Source of the DNA: Synechococcus elongatus PCC 6301
GTDB lineage: Bacteria > Cyanobacteriota > Cyanobacteriia > Synechococcales > Synechococcaceae
Assembly (NCBI RefSeq): GCF_000010065.1
Contig: NC_006576.1
Coordinates: forward strand, 240,001 to 272,000
Direction of reading: 5' to 3'
DNA: 32,000 nt
In this document: positions 29,367 to 32,000 of the stretch, piece by piece
Numbering within the stretch: position 1 is the first letter of the stretch
How the letters are laid out: each line of letters opens with the position of its first letter
Position numbers and translations under genes: made by a program
Notes under the pieces: generated by a model
Seen by the model: the letters and a program-made list of their open reading frames with translations, nothing else
Database searches by the model: none
Told to the model about the DNA's origin: nothing

Positions 29367-30386
29367 ATGACTGTCCTTGCTGCTCCGCCTGAAGCGTCCT
29401 TGGATCTCGAGCTTCCCGATCCCAGTGATGAGGCGCTCACCGAAGGCGACTTTCAGCAGCAGGTCGATCAGGCTTGGCTGGTCTGCGATCGCTTTGACTT
29501 GCAAACCGAGATTTGGCGCGGTCGCATCCTGCGCGTGGTGCGCGATCGCGAGAAACGGGGCGGAGAAGGGCGCGGCATGGGCTTTTTGAACTGGCTCAAG
29601 GATCGCGAGATCACCAAAAGTCGGGCCTATGCCCTGATTGAGTTGGCCAACAGTGCGGATGCCTTGGTGGATGAAGGCATTTTGGAAACAGATACCCTCT
29701 CGCGCTTCAGCAAACGGGCCTTTGTCGAAACCTCCCAATCCGCCCCAGAAGTACAGCAGCTGATTGGCGATGCGGCTCGCAACGGCCAGCGGATCACGCG
29801 GCAGCAAGTGCGGCAACTGACGGATGAATGGACGGCAGTCAGCTCCGATTTACTGCCGGAACCCGTGCGCCAAAAAGCGGCTGAGAATCGGCTACCGGCC
29901 AAAGCGATCGCGCCATTTGTACGAGAGCTAGAGAAACTACCGGAAGTCCACCAAGCGCCACTGCAAGAAGAAGTCGCACTGCAGCCCGATCTCAACACCC
30001 TGAAAGAGATGACGGCGGCGGCTCGCTATCTGTCGCGCTACCTCGAAGCAGCCCAGCAAGTGCGGACGCTCAACAATACGACACTGGATTTGGAGCAGGC
30101 CCTGAACGAAGCCCAACGGCTCGATATTCTCAACCTCGTGTCCGATCTATTAAGCCAATCGGCACAACTTGAACAGGCGATCGCTAAGCTTTACACCAGT
30201 TGGCGGCGTGTCAGCAGCCTCAGCGATCGCCTCTATTTGGAAAGTGGCGCCAGCACACCCAATCTGCGATCGCTGCTCCAGCAGTTGCAAACCCTCTCCG
30301 GCACCTTGATCTGCCTGCCCCTCGGCGACATTCAAAGTGGGCGGGTGATTCAACTGCAAGTGGTGGATGACGGCGAGCCCGCTTAG
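29367..30386 (+). CDS. Conserved-looking hypothetical protein, helical
   Basis: 339 aa, well-formed, ATG at 29367, divergent from psaE. The middle region GFLNWLKDREITKSRAYALIELANSADALVDEG...RITRQQVRQLTDEW could be helix-turn-helix, unverified. Confidence 0.72.
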   Translation: MTVLAAPPEASLDLELPDPSDEALTEGDFQQQVDQAWLVCDRFDLQTEIWRGRILRVVRDREKRGGEGRGMGFLNWLKDREITKSRAYALIELANSADALVDEGILETDTLSRFSKRAFVETSQSAPEVQQLIGDAARNGQRITRQQVRQLTDEWTAVSSDLLPEPVRQKAAENRLPAKAIAPFVRELEKLPEVHQAPLQEEVALQPDLNTLKEMTAAARYLSRYLEAAQQVRTLNNTTLDLEQALNEAQRLDILNLVSDLLSQSAQLEQAIAKLYTSWRRVSSLSDRLYLESGASTPNLRSLLQQLQTLSGTLICLPLGDIQSGRVIQLQVVDDGEPA

Positions 30387-30503
30387 ACAGAGCGATCACA
30401 ATCGCAGCAGGCAGTCTCGCTAGACTGGATCCAAGGGGTATGGCTGCCCATCTTGCTCCTGACCAGCGGAGTCAGAAAGCCAGCCAGCGAAGGAGGATCG
30501 GTG

Positions 30504-31460
30504 ATGTCTGATTCCCTCAATCTGCCCGCTGAAAGTCTGGGTCAGTGCCTGCTGCAAGGCTTGCAAAAACAGGTCGATCACTATCTGCACTATCGTCGGG
30601 CCGTGCTGAGCGATCGCGATCCTGAGGATCTACACCAGTTGCGCGTCAGTCTGCGACGGCTGCGCAGCTTATTGGAGAACTACGACTTTGCTCTGAGTCT
30701 TCCAAAAGCCGTATCCCTGCGATCGCTCTCGACTTTAGGACGCCGCTGCGGTCGTGTCCGTGATCTGGATGTCCTACTGGAAGCCTTGCACGCCTTACCG
30801 AAGCCGGAGCGACCTCAAGAAGCACATCAGCTTCTCCAGCTCCAACGAAAATTGAAAAAACGCTGTGGGCAAGCTCGCCGTCAGCTTCAGCGTGAATTAA
30901 AGCGATCGCGCTACCAACACTGCATCTTGGCCCTGAGAAATTGGTTGGCTAAGCCCCGCTTTCAAGCAGCTGCCCACCTCGCGATCGCTGACCTATTGCC
31001 CGAGTTAGTTCTGCCCAGTTATGCCTGCCTCCATCTCCATCCGGCTTGGTGGATCGACAGGGTTGCCGTAGAGCGCTTGCGGCCCATCGATAATCGACAG
31101 CTGCACGACCTTCGCAAGACTGTGAAGCGTTTCCGCTATGGCGTAGAGGTTTTAGAATTTTCGCCAGAACTAGATTTTGAGCCCTTACTGCAGCGACTCA
31201 AACCCCTGCAAACAGCTTTAGGCAACTGGCAAGATCGCGCCACTTGGACGGCGTTACTAGCCCATCAGCAGGCGAACTGGCAGCAACGGATTCCGAGCCT
31301 GGCCGATCGCTGGCAGCAGGATAGCCAAGTTGCATGGCGGCAATGGTTGGAGCAGCAACAAACCCTGCGTGAACCCAGTACAGGCTTGCAGGTCACGGTC
31401 TACGACTGCTTGGGCTGGCGATCGCCTCAGTCGGGCCGGATCAGTGCCACCCCTTCGTGA
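30504..31460 (+). CDS. CHAD domain protein
   Basis: [19 protein letters not shown] and [20 protein letters not shown], the conserved His/Arg helices of CHAD. AGGAGG at 30491-30496 supports the start at ATG 30504 over the track's 30453. Confidence 0.9.
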   Translation: MSDSLNLPAESLGQCLLQGLQKQVDHYLHYRRAVLSDRDPEDLHQLRVSLRRLRSLLENYDFALSLPKAVSLRSLSTLGRRCGRVRDLDVLLEALHALPKPERPQEAHQLLQLQRKLKKRCGQARRQLQRELKRSRYQHCILALRNWLAKPRFQAAAHLAIADLLPELVLPSYACLHLHPAWWIDRVAVERLRPIDNRQLHDLRKTVKRFRYGVEVLEFSPELDFEPLLQRLKPLQTALGNWQDRATWTALLAHQQANWQQRIPSLADRWQQDSQVAWRQWLEQQQTLREPSTGLQVTVYDCLGWRSPQSGRISATPS

Positions 31461-31966
31461 CCATCAACGGACTGGAAGTAGACTTCCACCCGCTCACTGC
31501 GCCGCGTCGGCACAACCTTGCCGACGAAATCGGGCTGGATCGGTAGTTCCCGATTGCCGCGATCGATCAGAACTGCGAGGCGGACGATCGCAGGGCGGCC
31601 GTAGTCATTCAAGGCATCCATGGCGGCGCGAATCGTTCGACCGGTGAAGATCACGTCATCGACCAGAACCACGGTGCAACCCGATAAGTCCTGGGGGATG
31701 CGGCTGCGCTCCGGTTGGCGAGCCCCGATGCGATCGAGGTCATCGCGATAGAAGGTGATGTCCAAACTGCCCCAGGCGATTGGCTGACCTTCGAGCTGGG
31801 CGATCGCTTGCGCCAGTCCTTCTGCCAGATAAACGCCTCGGGTATGAATCCCGATTAAGACTAGGCGATCGACCTGTCGGGCACTCTCAACAATCTGCGA
31901 AGCGAGACGATTGAGGGTGCGGCGCTGCTCGTCGGCAGACAGCAATTCGATTTGAGAAGGGCTCAT
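31427..31966 (-). CDS. pyrR: Bifunctional pyr operon regulator / uracil phosphoribosyltransferase family protein
   Basis: [35 protein letters not shown] (PRPP-binding) and [28 protein letters not shown]. Start set at [14 protein letters not shown] (31966). Confidence 0.95.
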   Translation of the reverse strand: MSPSQIELLSADEQRRTLNRLASQIVESARQVDRLVLIGIHTRGVYLAEGLAQAIAQLEGQPIAWGSLDITFYRDDLDRIGARQPERSRIPQDLSGCTVVLVDDVIFTGRTIRAAMDALNDYGRPAIVRLAVLIDRGNRELPIQPDFVGKVVPTRRSERVEVYFQSVDGHEGVALIRPD

Positions 31967-32000
31967 GGCGATCGCCTGCAAGACAAGCTCATTATTAGGG

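Overview
The window looks like ordinary chromosome from a freshwater unicellular cyanobacterium. The density of GCGATCGC (HIP1) palindromes and the gene content resemble Synechococcus elongatus; that is recognition, not a database match. Most of the window is housekeeping: a truncated D-2-hydroxyacid dehydrogenase, ndhA-ndhI-ndhG-ndhE, gmd, an AI-2E family permease, def, a tight hlip-queE-queC-pabB-pabC cluster, a TPM/Psb32-like protein, mfd, dnaB, a Ski2/DSHCT-type helicase, mutM, psaE, a CHAD-domain protein and pyrR. The unusual part is 7.97-13.5 kb. It holds a 1436-aa FG-GAP/RTX protein built as two parallel blocks (7 FG-GAP repeats plus a spacer domain, twice) with a type I secretion-like C-terminus. 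Directly upstream is a TIGR03032/DUF4915-like gene broken by a one-base frameshift. By eye, this stretch contains no GCGATCGC site. Further points not in the supplied ORF track: a 58-aa HLIP-type gene (17335-17511) abutting queE, a second apparent frameshift in a methyltransferase gene (about 17761), and three well-formed hairpin terminators. I found no CRISPR array, transposase, tRNA/rRNA gene or defense cassette. I do not claim a wholly new system; the FG-GAP/RTX plus TIGR03032 pair is the best candidate for follow-up.
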